From an uncultured Clostridia bacterium (GTDB taxonomy: Bacteria > Bacillota > Clostridia > TANB77 > CAG-508), in assembly GCA_934162205.1 (NCBI GenBank), contig CAKPIA010000008.1:6714-70713 (forward strand): a stretch of 64,000 bases of DNA, in the 5' to 3' direction. The position numbers were made by a program, and so were the translations under genes. A model generated the notes under the pieces. The model did not search any database. It was not told the DNA's origin and saw only the letters and a program-made list of their open reading frames with translations. How positions within the stretch are numbered: position 1 is the first letter of the stretch; each line of letters begins with the position of its first letter. Below are positions 1-9,999 of the stretch, one piece after another.

Positions 1-61
1 TATTATACCTTACCTTCCTTTAAATAAAGGCCCCTAAAATTTCTTTATTTAATTTTAAAAA

Positions 62-346
62 TTAGTCTTCTTCTCTTACTACGATAAATTTTATAACTTC
101 ATCAGTAATTCTATAAATTCTTTCTAATTCAGCTATAAAGCTTGGTTCTGCTTCAAATTTAAAAACAAAATATGTAGCTTCTTTATTTTTCTTTATTTCG
201 TAAGCTAATTTTTTCTTTCCAAGATTTTCTACAGATTCTACTTTTCCATTTTCATTTATTAATCCTGTGAATTTTGTTTCTAAAGCTTTTAAACCTTCTT
301 CATCAACATTTGGATTAACAATGACAACACTTTCGTATTTATTCAT
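62..346 (-). CDS. rpsF: 30S ribosomal protein S6
   Basis: 94-aa ORF with the typical S6 sequence (MNKYESVVIV...ATYFVFKFEA). AAGGAGGTGA SD just upstream. Confidence 0.9.
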   Translation of the reverse strand: MNKYESVVIVNPNVDEEGLKALETKFTGLINENGKVESVENLGKKKLAYEIKKNKEATYFVFKFEAEPSFIAELERIYRITDEVIKFIVVREED

Positions 347-403
347 TATCTTTCACCTCCTTATGGATTTGTAACCCACTAAAATAGTGAGTAAGGATGT
401 TAA

Positions 404-437
404 AAAATAGCTATGTATTTTTTAACATAGCTATTTT
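404..437 (-). terminator. Rho-independent terminator downstream of the ATPase gene
   Basis: 13-bp perfect stem (aaaatagctatgt / acatagctatttt) with an 8-nt loop and a T-run on the minus-strand transcript. Confidence 0.6.
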
Positions 438-488
438 AACATATATTCAACTATTTTTCAAGCATTTTTAGAAATAAAATCTATCACA

Positions 489-3122
489 CTAATTTTTAGA
501 CTCTTTATTATAAAAAACTACTCTTCCAAATTTTACTTCGTTTAGTTTCTTTTGAAGTTCTATAATAGGTATTGGTAAAATTGAAATTATTATTGTATAT
601 ATCCATTGAGTCATATTTAATGGAACTAAACTAAATATTTGAGCTAAACTTGGAATTATTACAACTATTGTTTGAACTATAACACCTAAAATAAAGCTTC
701 CTACTAAATATTTATTCTCAAAAATTCCCACTTTGAATATTGATTCGTCACTTTTAATATTAAAACTGTGTACTAATTCTAGTAAGCCAATTGCTACAAA
801 TGCCATTGTTCTTCCAACTTCTAATCCATATAAATTATTTCCTAAACTAAATGCAAATAATGTTAACATTCCTATCATTGCACCCTCAACAATAATCTTA
901 TTCCATAATCCATCTGAAAATAATCCTTTTTTAGAACTTCTTGGTTTTCTTTTCATAATATCTTTTTCTGGTGGCTCTAGTCCTATTGCAATTGCTGGAA
1001 GTGAGTCTGTAACTAAATTAACCCATAACAATTGAATTGCAAGTAATGGAGATTTAAATCCTAATATTAACCCCATAAATATTGTTACAATTTCTCCAAT
1101 ATTTGTTGCAATTAAAAAATGTACAGCTTTTTTTATATTATCATATATATTTCTTCCTTGTTTTACAGCTTCTACTATTGTTATAAAATTATCATCAGCC
1201 AATATCATATCAGAAGCATTTTTTGCAACATCTGTACCATTTTTTCCCATTGCTATTCCTATATCTGCATTTTTTAATGCTGGACTATCATTTACTCCAT
1301 CTCCAGTCATGGCAACAACTGCTCCTGTTTTCTGCCATGCTTTTACTATTCTTACTTTATGTTCTGGTGTAACTCTTGCAAAAACAGAATATGATTTAAT
1401 GTCTCTCTCTAATTGAGTTTGTGTCATTTTGTCCAATTCTGCTCCTGTTATCGCCTTATCTCCTGCTTTTAATATATCTAATTCTTTTGCAATTGCTTTT
1501 GCAGTATAAATATGATCTCCTGTTATCATAACTGTTTTTATTCCTGCATTTCTACAATCTCTTACCGCTTCTTTTACTCCTTCTCTAGGCGGATCAATCA
1601 TTCCTATAAGTCCAACAAAAACAAGATCTTTCTCTATTGTTTCTGAATCAATTTTTTCTGGCAAACTATCAACATCTAAAAAACTAACTGCAATTACTCT
1701 TAATGCCTTATTTGCCATGTTTAAATTATCATTTTTAATTTTACTTATTTCTGCTTGTGCTAAACTACTTACATTCTCATTTCTATATATTTTGGTACAT
1801 TTATTTAAAAGTATATCTGGTGCTCCTTTTGTTATGATTCTATACTTATTACCAAATTTATGTATTGTTGTCATCATTTTTCTATTTGAATCAAATGGAA
1901 TTTCATTTATTCTTTCCATATTTAAATATAATTCTTCCTTGTTTTTTCCTTTTGCTAATGCTTCATTTACAATTGCAACTTCTGTTGGTTCTCCAACTGC
2001 AAATTTCTTTCCATTTTCACTTGATATATCACAATTTGTACACATTGAAGCTAATTCTATACACAAATCATTATTATAACTTTTTATATTTACAACTTTC
2101 ATTTTATTTTGAGTTAAAGTTCCTGTTTTATCAGAACATATTACACTACTACTTCCTAATGTTTCTACTGCTGGCAATTTTCTTATTATACTATTTTTCT
2201 TTGCCATTTTTGTAACACCTATTGATAACATTATTGTTACAATTGCTGGCAATCCTTCTGGAATTGCTGCAACCGCAAGTCCTACAGATGTCATAAACAT
2301 TTCTACTGGCTCTATCTTTTTAAATATTCCTATTACAAATATCGCTATACAAATAACTAAGCAAGCTATTCCTAATATTTTTCCTACTTCTCCTAATTTT
2401 TTTTGTATTGGAGTCTCTGGTGCTTCTTCATCTATTATCATATTTGCTATTTTTCCTACTTTTGTATCCATTCCTGTTTCTGTAACAATTGCTTTTCCAT
2501 GACCATTTACTGCAATTGTAGCCATAAATACCATATTTAACATATCACCTGTTGGAATATCTTTTTTTAAAACACTATTACTATTTTTTAGAACAGGCTC
2601 TGTTTCTCCAGTTAAACTTGATTCTTCAACCTTTAAATTAAAATCCTCTATTAATCTACAATCTGCTGGTATATAGTTTCCAGCTTCTATTATTACAATA
2701 TCTCCTGGTACTAATTCCTCTGCATTTATTTCATATGTTTTTCTATTTCTAATAACCTTTGCAATTGGTGGAGTCATCTTTTTTAAAGCTTCTATTGATT
2801 TCTCTGCTTTTGCTTCTTGAACTAGTCCCATAATTGCATTTAAGATTACTATTGCTATTATAATAATTGAATCAATATAATCATTTTCTCCTTGCATTTT
2901 TGATACTACTGCTGAAATAATTGATGCAATTATTAGTATAATAATCATAAAATCATTAAATTGTTTTATAAATTTTACTATTATACTTTCTTTTTTCTTA
3001 TCTTTTAATTTGTTTTTACCATATTTTTCTTGCCTTTTTTTAACCTCTTCTTCTGTTAGACCATTGCCCAAATTTGTCCTAAAGTTTCTAATAACTTCAT
3101 TTATCTTATAAGTATGCCACAT
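489..3122 (-). CDS. P-type (P2) calcium-transporting ATPase
   Basis: 877 aa. Has the DKTGTLT phosphorylation motif, the TGDGVNDSPALK hinge, a TGE actuator motif and multiple TM segments. Confidence 0.9.
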   Translation of the reverse strand: MWHTYKINEVIRNFRTNLGNGLTEEEVKKRQEKYGKNKLKDKKKESIIVKFIKQFNDFMIIILIIASIISAVVSKMQGENDYIDSIIIIAIVILNAIMGLVQEAKAEKSIEALKKMTPPIAKVIRNRKTYEINAEELVPGDIVIIEAGNYIPADCRLIEDFNLKVEESSLTGETEPVLKNSNSVLKKDIPTGDMLNMVFMATIAVNGHGKAIVTETGMDTKVGKIANMIIDEEAPETPIQKKLGEVGKILGIACLVICIAIFVIGIFKKIEPVEMFMTSVGLAVAAIPEGLPAIVTIMLSIGVTKMAKKNSIIRKLPAVETLGSSSVICSDKTGTLTQNKMKVVNIKSYNNDLCIELASMCTNCDISSENGKKFAVGEPTEVAIVNEALAKGKNKEELYLNMERINEIPFDSNRKMMTTIHKFGNKYRIITKGAPDILLNKCTKIYRNENVSSLAQAEISKIKNDNLNMANKALRVIAVSFLDVDSLPEKIDSETIEKDLVFVGLIGMIDPPREGVKEAVRDCRNAGIKTVMITGDHIYTAKAIAKELDILKAGDKAITGAELDKMTQTQLERDIKSYSVFARVTPEHKVRIVKAWQKTGAVVAMTGDGVNDSPALKNADIGIAMGKNGTDVAKNASDMILADDNFITIVEAVKQGRNIYDNIKKAVHFLIATNIGEIVTIFMGLILGFKSPLLAIQLLWVNLVTDSLPAIAIGLEPPEKDIMKRKPRSSKKGLFSDGLWNKIIVEGAMIGMLTLFAFSLGNNLYGLEVGRTMAFVAIGLLELVHSFNIKSDESIFKVGIFENKYLVGSFILGVIVQTIVVIIPSLAQIFSLVPLNMTQWIYTIIISILPIPIIELQKKLNEVKFGRVVFYNKESKN

Positions 3123-3242
3123 AAAATCCTCTCCTTTGTATATAATCTAAAATAAATATATGTGCTTGTACTAAAAATATGATAAAATTTAATATTTTCA
3201 CGTTTGTCGTTTTTAATCATATTATGTATCAGAGGTGTTTTT

Positions 3243-3893
3243 ATGTTTATAAGTTGTTTTATTTTAGCACTTTCTGTTAGTATTGATTCACTAAGTATTG
3301 GAATTACATATGGATTAAAAGATACAAAAATATCATATATAGGAAAAGTTACTTTATTTATAACATCATTTATTATCTCTATTATTTCAATATGGTTTGG
3401 TGATAATATAAAAAACATTTTTCCAGATATTATAACAAAAATGATTGGAACATTTATTTTAATATTTATGGGACTATTTATTATTTATCAATCTGTATGT
3501 AAAAATAATTTAAAAAATAATGAAATTAAAAGTAATTCAGAAGAAAAAATATATAGTTTTTTTATAAAATTTTTAGGCATAACAATTAAAATTATAAAAA
3601 ACCCAATTTCTTCTGATTTTGATAATTCAAAAAAAATTGATGGAAAGGAAGCTTTATTTTTAGGTTTAGCATTATCTTTGGATGCGTTTTGTGTAGGAAT
3701 AGGTAGTGGAATTATTGGGATTAATTCATTTATTTTTCCATTTTTAACCTCACTATTTCAATTAATATTTTTAAATACTGGTATATTATTTGGAAAAAAG
3801 ATTAATTCCCTATCAAAATTACCCGATAATATTTGGTCTATTATTTCTGGTACATTATTAATATTAATAGGTATTATCAAGTTTCTTTTTTAA
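3243..3893 (+). CDS. ytaF: YtaF/MntP-family membrane protein (sporulation protein YtaF-like)
   Basis: Polytopic membrane ORF with two related halves (LSVSIDSLSIGITYG / LALSLDAFCVGIGSG). Start moved to the ATG at 3243, which has an AGAGGTG SD. Confidence 0.6.
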   Translation: MFISCFILALSVSIDSLSIGITYGLKDTKISYIGKVTLFITSFIISIISIWFGDNIKNIFPDIITKMIGTFILIFMGLFIIYQSVCKNNLKNNEIKSNSEEKIYSFFIKFLGITIKIIKNPISSDFDNSKKIDGKEALFLGLALSLDAFCVGIGSGIIGINSFIFPFLTSLFQLIFLNTGILFGKKINSLSKLPDNIWSIISGTLLILIGIIKFLF

Positions 3894-3907
3894 TTTAAAT
3901 AAATATA

Positions 3908-3936
3908 TTGTAATATTTTGTCGAATTATGTATAAT
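3908..3936 (+). promoter_or_regulatory. sigma-A-type promoter of cassette 1
   Basis: TTGTAA, a 17-nt spacer, then TATAAT, about 30 nt upstream of an AGGAGG SD and the ATG at 3967. Confidence 0.55.
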
Positions 3937-3966
3937 ACTATTATCAACTTTTAGGAGGTATTTTTT

Positions 3967-4188
3967 ATGACAAAACAAGTAGTATTACGGTATCCTGATG
4001 GGGAAGATGTGCTAACAACAGATAAAATTGGGGTTATGCAAGATTTTATCACTTGGATAATTGCTTGCAATCATTTTTCAGATCACTCACATAACGCAGA
4101 TACAGGGGATATTTTTATATTTCCAAAATCCACTTATGGAATTGTATGTAGAATTAAATGGAAACGTTTAAATATACTTAAGTCATAA
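3967..4188 (+). CDS. Hypothetical small protein (73 aa), G+C-richer cassette 1
   Basis: AGGAGG SD 8 nt upstream, own promoter and terminator. Codon choice is unlike its neighbours (CGG Arg at 3988-3990, GGG, CTA). No recognisable domain. Confidence 0.5.
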   Translation: MTKQVVLRYPDGEDVLTTDKIGVMQDFITWIIACNHFSDHSHNADTGDIFIFPKSTYGIVCRIKWKRLNILKS

Positions 4189-4242
4189 GACCAATGTAAT
4201 GTATTATTTACAATTTTCGTAAAAGGAAAATATCCTAAAGTT

Positions 4243-4276
4243 AAACAGAGTAGCAAATGCTACTCTGTTTTGTTTT
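4243..4276. terminator. Bidirectional hairpin terminator between cassette 1 and smc
   Basis: 12-bp perfect stem (aaacagagtagc / gctactctgttt), a 4-nt loop, then TGTTTT. Confidence 0.7.
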
Positions 4277-4284
4277 AATATCTT

Positions 4285-7200
4285 TTATTTTAATTTCATA
4301 GATAACAATTTTGAAATACCATTCTCTTCCATAGTAATCCCATAAACTGTATCCGCCGCTTCCATTGTTCCTTTTCTATGAGTTATTACTAAAAATTGAG
4401 TATCTTTTGAAAATTTCTTTAAATATTCGGCATATCTAAATACATTTACATCATCTAATGCTGCTTCTATTTCATCTAGCACGCAGAAAGGTGCAGGATT
4501 AATTTTTAATATTGCAAATAATAATGCTATTGCAGTAAATGCTTTCTCTCCTCCTGATAGAAGCATCATATTTTGTAATTTCTTTCCTGGTGGTTGAACA
4601 GTTATATCTATTCCACATTCTAAAATATTTTCTTCATCAGCTAATGTTAGCTCTGCTTTTCCTCCACCAAATAACTCTCTAAATACTTCTCCAAAATTTT
4701 TATTAATAATTTCAAATTGTGTTTTAAATTGTTCTTTCATTACTTCTGTCATTTCTTGAATCATTTTTCTTAATTTTGACATAGTATTTTCTAGATCTAA
4801 TCTTTGTTCACACATAAAGTCATATCTTTCTTTTAATGTCTTATATTCTTCTATTGAATCTACATTAACACTACCTAAATCTCTAATATCTGCTCTTAAA
4901 TTATTTACTTTCTTTTGTGTTAATGCAATATTATCTGGTTTTTGGTATTCTTTTATTGTGTTTGGAGTTAATTCATATTCTTCCCATAGTTTATTTATAA
5001 CTGCATTTAAATCTTCTTCTGTTTTAGATTTTTTAACTTCCATTTTTGCCATTTGTGATTTAAGATCTTCAATAATTTTAAATTGATCATTTAATTCTGT
5101 TTCTTTATTAGCAAGCTTTTCGTTTTTTTGAGTTCTTTCTTCTTTTAAGTTATTTATTGTTTGTCCGCTTGTCTGAACTTGTTTTTTTACTTCTTCAATT
5201 TTTTGTTTTGTTTCTTCTATATTTTTTTCTAGTTCTTTATTATCTTCTTCTATTTGATGTATTTGTTTTTCTTTATTTTCCATGCTTTTCTTGTTATTTT
5301 CAATATCATTATTTATCATATCAGATATTTCATTTATTGATGTTTCACTTTCATCAAATGAAGATACAGAAATTTTTAAATTTGTTATATCAAAATTTAA
5401 ATCATCTATATATTTTTGGTCATCTTTATTTAATTCTGCAAATTCATTTATTATATTTGTAAGTTTTTCGTTTTCTTCATTAATAGTTGATATTTGTTCT
5501 TCATCAGCTTTTTTCTTTTCTTCTATTTCAATTTTTTGATTATCTATATTTACAGTTTCTTCTTTTAATTTTGATAATCTTTTTTCTATTCTTTCTATGT
5601 TTTCATTTATTGCTACAACTTTTTGCTTTTCCGTTGCATATGTTATATCTATTTCTTGTAAAGCCTTCTCTAAGCTTGAAACTTCTTCTAGTAAATCTTC
5701 TTGAGAATTAACATATTCTTCTTTTTCTTTTTCTAATTTTTCTATTTTTTGTTTTATTTTCTTTATTTCTTTTTCTAGGCTTTCAATTTCTCTTCCTCTA
5801 CCTAAAATATTTACAGTCTTTTTAGCAACAGATCCACCAGTAATTGCACCTGAAGGATTTATTAAATCTCCTTCTATTGTAATTATTCTAAAAGAATAGT
5901 TATTTTGTTTAGCGACTTTAATTGCTGTTTCCATATTATCTACAATTACAGTTCTACCTAGTAAATTTAAAATAATTGGTTCATATTTTTTATTAAATTG
6001 AACTAAATCAGAAGCAATACCAATAATTCCTTTTTCTTTTGCCTTAAAGTTTTCTAATTTTTTACCTTTTACTGATGTTATTGGTAAAAATGATGCTCTT
6101 CCTAAGTTGTTTTTTCTTAAATGTTCTATTAATCTTTTTGCATCTTCTTCTGTTTCTGTAACAACATTTTGCAAGCTTGCTCCCAAACACATTTCAATTG
6201 CTGTTTCATACTCTTTTGGAACTGAAATTATATTTGCAAGAACTCCATGCATTCCTTTTCCTAAATCTTTGATATTTTCACAATCATTTAATAATGATTT
6301 TACACTCTTTATATACCCTTCTTTTTCTTTTTCTGTTTCTACTAAAAATTTGCGTCTTGAATCTTTTATACGCATTTCACTATATAAATTATTAATATTT
6401 GTATCATATTCTTTAATTTTTGTAGAAGCTTCTTCTTTTTGTTTTTCTATTTTTTCTAAACTAGAAAAAATAGAATTTCTTTTACTTTCTGCTTCATAAA
6501 AACCTTTTGATATGTCATCTTTTCTTAATCTAGCAGAATCTAATTCTGATATATTTGTTGTTATCTCTTGTTTTATTTGTTGTTTCCTTTTTTCTAAACT
6601 TTCTGCATTTGCATTTTGAGTACTTATATCTGATTGCAATTCATATCTTTTATCTGTATTTTCTTCTACTTTCTTTTTGTGTTCTTCTATTTCTATTTCT
6701 TTTTTAGATAATTTGCTTGTTAATTTATCTAATTCAGCCTGTTTCTCTTCTAACTCTTTTTCAAATTTCTTTCTATTTTCTTTTAAATTATCTTTTTTAG
6801 CTTGTTTTTGTTTTATCTCTTCTTCAAGGCTTGTTATTTTAGTTTTTATTTCTTCTATCTCTTTTTCAAATCTTACTCTATTTTCTTTATTGTTTTCTAT
6901 TCTAGTATTACATACACTTATATTTGAATTTAATTGTTCTATTTCTTTTTGGCTTTCAAATCCAATATTTTGCATAGATTCAATCTTTTCTGTAATTTCA
7001 TCTATTTGTGTTTTTAGTTCTTCCTTTAAAGCTTTTATTCTTTCAAGTTTACCTTCTTCTTGATTACAAGTAGATTTCATTATATCTTCATCATTTATTA
7101 TTTCTTCTAAAGTTTGTTTATATTTTTCAATATTATATACAAATAATCCTATTTCTATTGACTTTAATTCTTCTTTTAAATTCAAATATTTTTTAGCCTT

Positions 7201-7830
7201 TTCTGCTTGTTGTTGTAGTGGTTCAATGTTTGATTCTATTTCTGTTAATATATCATTAATTCTAAGTAAGTTTAATTTTGTATGTTCTAATTTTTTCTCT
7301 GATTCTGCTTTTCTTGTTCTGTATTTTACAATCCCCGCAGCTTCTTCAAAAATATGTCTTCTATCTTCTGATTTATTACTTAAAATTTCATCTATTTTTC
7401 CTTGACCAATTATAGAATATCCATCTTTTCCTATACCTGTATCCATAAACAATTCTAATATATCTTTTAATCTACATGGTACTTTATTTATATAATAACC
7501 AGTTTCACCACTTCTATATATTTTTCTTGTTACTGTTACTTCTGCATACTCTATTGGTAAAGTTCCATCTTCATTATCAAATACCAATGACGCTTCTGCA
7601 AAACCTAATGATTTTCTATTTTGAGTTCCAGCAAATATAATATCATTAGATTTTGCTCCTCTTAATGATTTCATACTTTGCTCTCCTAAAACCCATCTTA
7701 TAGCATCTGAAATATTACTTTTTCCTGAGCCATTAGGTCCTATAACACTTGTTATTCCTGGCATAAATTCTAATACTGTTTTATCTGCAAATGACTTAAA
7801 TCCTTGTAATTCTAATCTTTTTAAATACAT
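4285..7830 (-). CDS. smc: Chromosome segregation protein SMC
   Basis: 1181 aa. N-terminal Walker A (GPNGSGKSN), long coiled coils, hinge, C-terminal LSGGEK signature and Walker B (CVLDEIEAALD). Confidence 0.95.
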   Translation of the reverse strand: MYLKRLELQGFKSFADKTVLEFMPGITSVIGPNGSGKSNISDAIRWVLGEQSMKSLRGAKSNDIIFAGTQNRKSLGFAEASLVFDNEDGTLPIEYAEVTVTRKIYRSGETGYYINKVPCRLKDILELFMDTGIGKDGYSIIGQGKIDEILSNKSEDRRHIFEEAAGIVKYRTRKAESEKKLEHTKLNLLRINDILTEIESNIEPLQQQAEKAKKYLNLKEELKSIEIGLFVYNIEKYKQTLEEIINDEDIMKSTCNQEEGKLERIKALKEELKTQIDEITEKIESMQNIGFESQKEIEQLNSNISVCNTRIENNKENRVRFEKEIEEIKTKITSLEEEIKQKQAKKDNLKENRKKFEKELEEKQAELDKLTSKLSKKEIEIEEHKKKVEENTDKRYELQSDISTQNANAESLEKRKQQIKQEITTNISELDSARLRKDDISKGFYEAESKRNSIFSSLEKIEKQKEEASTKIKEYDTNINNLYSEMRIKDSRRKFLVETEKEKEGYIKSVKSLLNDCENIKDLGKGMHGVLANIISVPKEYETAIEMCLGASLQNVVTETEEDAKRLIEHLRKNNLGRASFLPITSVKGKKLENFKAKEKGIIGIASDLVQFNKKYEPIILNLLGRTVIVDNMETAIKVAKQNNYSFRIITIEGDLINPSGAITGGSVAKKTVNILGRGREIESLEKEIKKIKQKIEKLEKEKEEYVNSQEDLLEEVSSLEKALQEIDITYATEKQKVVAINENIERIEKRLSKLKEETVNIDNQKIEIEEKKKADEEQISTINEENEKLTNIINEFAELNKDDQKYIDDLNFDITNLKISVSSFDESETSINEISDMINNDIENNKKSMENKEKQIHQIEEDNKELEKNIEETKQKIEEVKKQVQTSGQTINNLKEERTQKNEKLANKETELNDQFKIIEDLKSQMAKMEVKKSKTEEDLNAVINKLWEEYELTPNTIKEYQKPDNIALTQKKVNNLRADIRDLGSVNVDSIEEYKTLKERYDFMCEQRLDLENTMSKLRKMIQEMTEVMKEQFKTQFEIINKNFGEVFRELFGGGKAELTLADEENILECGIDITVQPPGKKLQNMMLLSGGEKAFTAIALLFAILKINPAPFCVLDEIEAALDDVNVFRYAEYLKKFSKDTQFLVITHRKGTMEAADTVYGITMEENGISKLLSMKLK

Positions 7831-7924
7831 TTAGACCACCTTTATTTTTTCTTCTCTTCTTATTTATATATCATTTTTCGACTTTTGTAAAGTTGAGCTA
7901 TATTTATTGCTATAGAATTAATTG

Positions 7925-8422
7925 TTAGTCAAAATAACTACTTATTTCCTCTAAATTCTCAAAACCTTTTTGTCTTAAAACATCATAAACAACTATAGCT
8001 ACTGAGTTAGACAAATTTAATGATCTTAATGTTTCTCTCATTGGGATTCTTATTGTTTTATCTATATACTTCATTAAAATATCTTCTGGTAAACCTTTTG
8101 TTTCTTTACCAAAAAGAAGAAATACTTCATCCATATTTTTATAATCTGGTTCTGAGTATACATGTTTTCCTTTTGTTGTTACAAAAAACATGTTATTTTC
8201 TTCTGGTTTATATTTTTCTAAAAACTCCTCAAATGATGTGTGTTCTTCTATTTCTAATTTATCCCAATAATCTAATCCAGCTCTTTTTACTTGTTTTTCC
8301 GAAATACTAAATCCTAGAGGATATACTAAATGCAATTTACCTCCTGTTGCTGCACATGTTCTTGCAATATTTCCAGTATTTTGTGGTATTTCTGGTTCTA
8401 CTAATACAACATTTAATTTCAT
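7925..8422 (-). CDS. trmL: tRNA (cytidine/uridine-2'-O)-methyltransferase TrmL (SpoU family)
   Basis: 165 aa with the typical TrmL N-terminus (VVLVEPEIPQNTGNIARTCAATG...LHLV.PLGF). Confidence 0.85.
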   Translation of the reverse strand: MKLNVVLVEPEIPQNTGNIARTCAATGGKLHLVYPLGFSISEKQVKRAGLDYWDKLEIEEHTSFEEFLEKYKPEENNMFFVTTKGKHVYSEPDYKNMDEVFLLFGKETKGLPEDILMKYIDKTIRIPMRETLRSLNLSNSVAIVVYDVLRQKGFENLEEISSYFD

Positions 8423-8537
8423 TTTTATTCGCCTCTCTATTATAAAACTTATATTTTTAACTACAATAGCTAGATTGTATCATAAATTTAAATAAAAATA
8501 AAGGCTTACTTAAAAGTAAGCCCTCTATATTTTTTTA

Positions 8538-9005
8538 TTATTTTGCAACAACTTTAAAATCATAAGCATTTGCATAATCTAATGTCATACTTGTATTAAA
8601 TTGTGTTGATGCTCCATTTTCTAATGGTGCTATAATTCCGCCAACTGTTACAATTTCTTTTCCTTCTTTGTCTAATAATGTAACATCTACTAATTGCATT
8701 TCTGTTGCTTTTCCAGTATTATTTTTTACATCTGCTAATAATACTGACATTCCATCTTTCATTGTTAATTGAATGTTTCCAAATTCTAGTCCATTAACTA
8801 TTTTTGTTTCACTTAATTTTGAACTAGTATTTAATTTTGTTCCATCTTCTAATACTTTAACAAATTCTTCTTTTACAGTATTATTTTCTTCTGTATTTGA
8901 ATCTGTATTTGTTTTTTTACCTCTTGTAGCAAAGAATATTACTGCAATTATGATTATAGCTACTACAATTAAAATAATTATTCCTTTTTTTTCATTAGCT
9001 TTCAT
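8538..9005 (-). CDS. Membrane-anchored extracellular hypothetical protein
   Basis: 155 aa with a single N-terminal TM helix followed by a beta-rich domain. A hairpin terminator lies downstream. No confident family assignment. Confidence 0.55.
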   Translation of the reverse strand: MKANEKKGIIILIVVAIIIIAVIFFATRGKKTNTDSNTEENNTVKEEFVKVLEDGTKLNTSSKLSETKIVNGLEFGNIQLTMKDGMSVLLADVKNNTGKATEMQLVDVTLLDKEGKEIVTVGGIIAPLENGASTQFNTSMTLDYANAYDFKVVAK

Positions 9006-9117
9006 AACTTTCTTCCTTTCTTTTGTTTAATTTATATTTATTAGTATATATTATACTTAAATTTTTTTCAATAGTTTTTTATTATTTTTTATATTATTTT
9101 TATATTAACATAATTAG

Positions 9118-9146
9118 TTGATTTCTATGATTATATATGTTATAAT
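9118..9146 (+). promoter_or_regulatory. sigma-A-type promoter of the purC cassette
   Basis: TTGATT, a 17-nt spacer, then TATAAT, upstream of a GGAGG SD and the ATG at 9210. Confidence 0.55.
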
Positions 9147-9209
9147 ACTTCTTATAACCGTACCTTTTTTATATTTAGCAATTATTTTTGCTAAAATGGA
9201 GGATTTAAA

Positions 9210-9938
9210 ATGGAAAATGTAACCGAAGTAGTAAGAGGCAAAAAGATCTATGAAGGAAAGGCCAACACGCTGTATGAAACAAATAATCCAAATCTTTTAG
9301 AGATGGAATCCACAGATCGTATTTCAGCAGGAAACGGTGAAAAGCGGGATGTAGTTGAAGGTAAAGGACTTACCAATAACACAATCTCAACTGCACTGTT
9401 CAGACTTTTTGAAAAAGAAGGCGTCCCTACGCACTTTGTTTGCAATGGAAGTAATAAACATTCCAAAATTGTGAAGAAAGCAAATATGATTAAGCTGGAA
9501 GTAATTGGAAGATTCATTTCAGCCGGCAGTTTTTGCAAACGTTATGGAATTAATCCTGGTATTCATTTTCAAGGCATGACATATGAATTATGCTTAAAAG
9601 ATGATGTATTAGGAGATCCATTCGTCTCAGAATCGGCTGCAGCTTATGCTCTTGGAGTAGCAACAAACGATCAACTTAGAGAAATTAAAAATTATACTTA
9701 CATTATAGGCATTATTGCTCAAAAATTCTTTAAGCAGTTTGATTTAACGTTAGTGGATTTCAAGGTTGAGTTCGGTCTTGATAAAGACGGCAAAATTATC
9801 CTGTGTGATGAATTTTCACCAGATACATGCCGACTTTGGGATAAGGATGGAAAATCATTTGATAAGGATGTTTTCAGGAAGGGTCTTGGAAATGTTGAAG
9901 AAACGTATAAGGCTATTCTGGAAAAAATCCAGAAATAA
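9210..9938 (+). CDS. purC: Phosphoribosylaminoimidazole-succinocarboxamide (SAICAR) synthase, orphan copy
   Basis: 242 aa with PurC hallmarks (YEGKA..LY, GKG..NN.IS, LVDFKVEFG, DEFSPDTCRLWD, DKDVFR). G/C-ending codons are unlike the neighbours. No other pur genes are in the window. Confidence 0.85.
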   Translation: MENVTEVVRGKKIYEGKANTLYETNNPNLLEMESTDRISAGNGEKRDVVEGKGLTNNTISTALFRLFEKEGVPTHFVCNGSNKHSKIVKKANMIKLEVIGRFISAGSFCKRYGINPGIHFQGMTYELCLKDDVLGDPFVSESAAAYALGVATNDQLREIKNYTYIIGIIAQKFFKQFDLTLVDFKVEFGLDKDGKIILCDEFSPDTCRLWDKDGKSFDKDVFRKGLGNVEETYKAILEKIQK

Positions 9939-9969
9939 TTTGTCACTATTAACTAGGTTACGGTTATTT

Positions 9970-9996
9970 AAAAGGAGTTCATATTGAGCTCCTTTT
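9970..9996. terminator. Hairpin terminator after purC (convergent with the trmH-like gene)
   Basis: 11-bp stem (aaaaggagttc / gagctcctttt, one G-U pair), a 5-nt loop, and a T-rich tail. Confidence 0.65.
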
Positions 9997-9999
9997 CTT

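Noticed and set aside
733-2215. Plus-strand ORFs (733-1035, 1717-2079, 1865-2215) inside the ATPase gene. Analogous antisense ORFs lie inside smc, mfd, topB, the pilin-like genes, addB and others (for example 5157-5711, 19547-20436, 34380-35408).
   Set aside because: Their translations are low-complexity (L/F/I/S/Y-rich), which is typical of the antisense strand of AT-rich genes. They have no SD and are fully embedded in well-supported genes.
9154-9967. 9-nt inverted repeat (ataaccgta at 9154-9162, tacggttat at 9959-9967) flanking purC, considered as possible cassette ends.
   Set aside because: It is too short to exclude chance, and no comparable repeats flank the other three cassettes. No recombinase is nearby.
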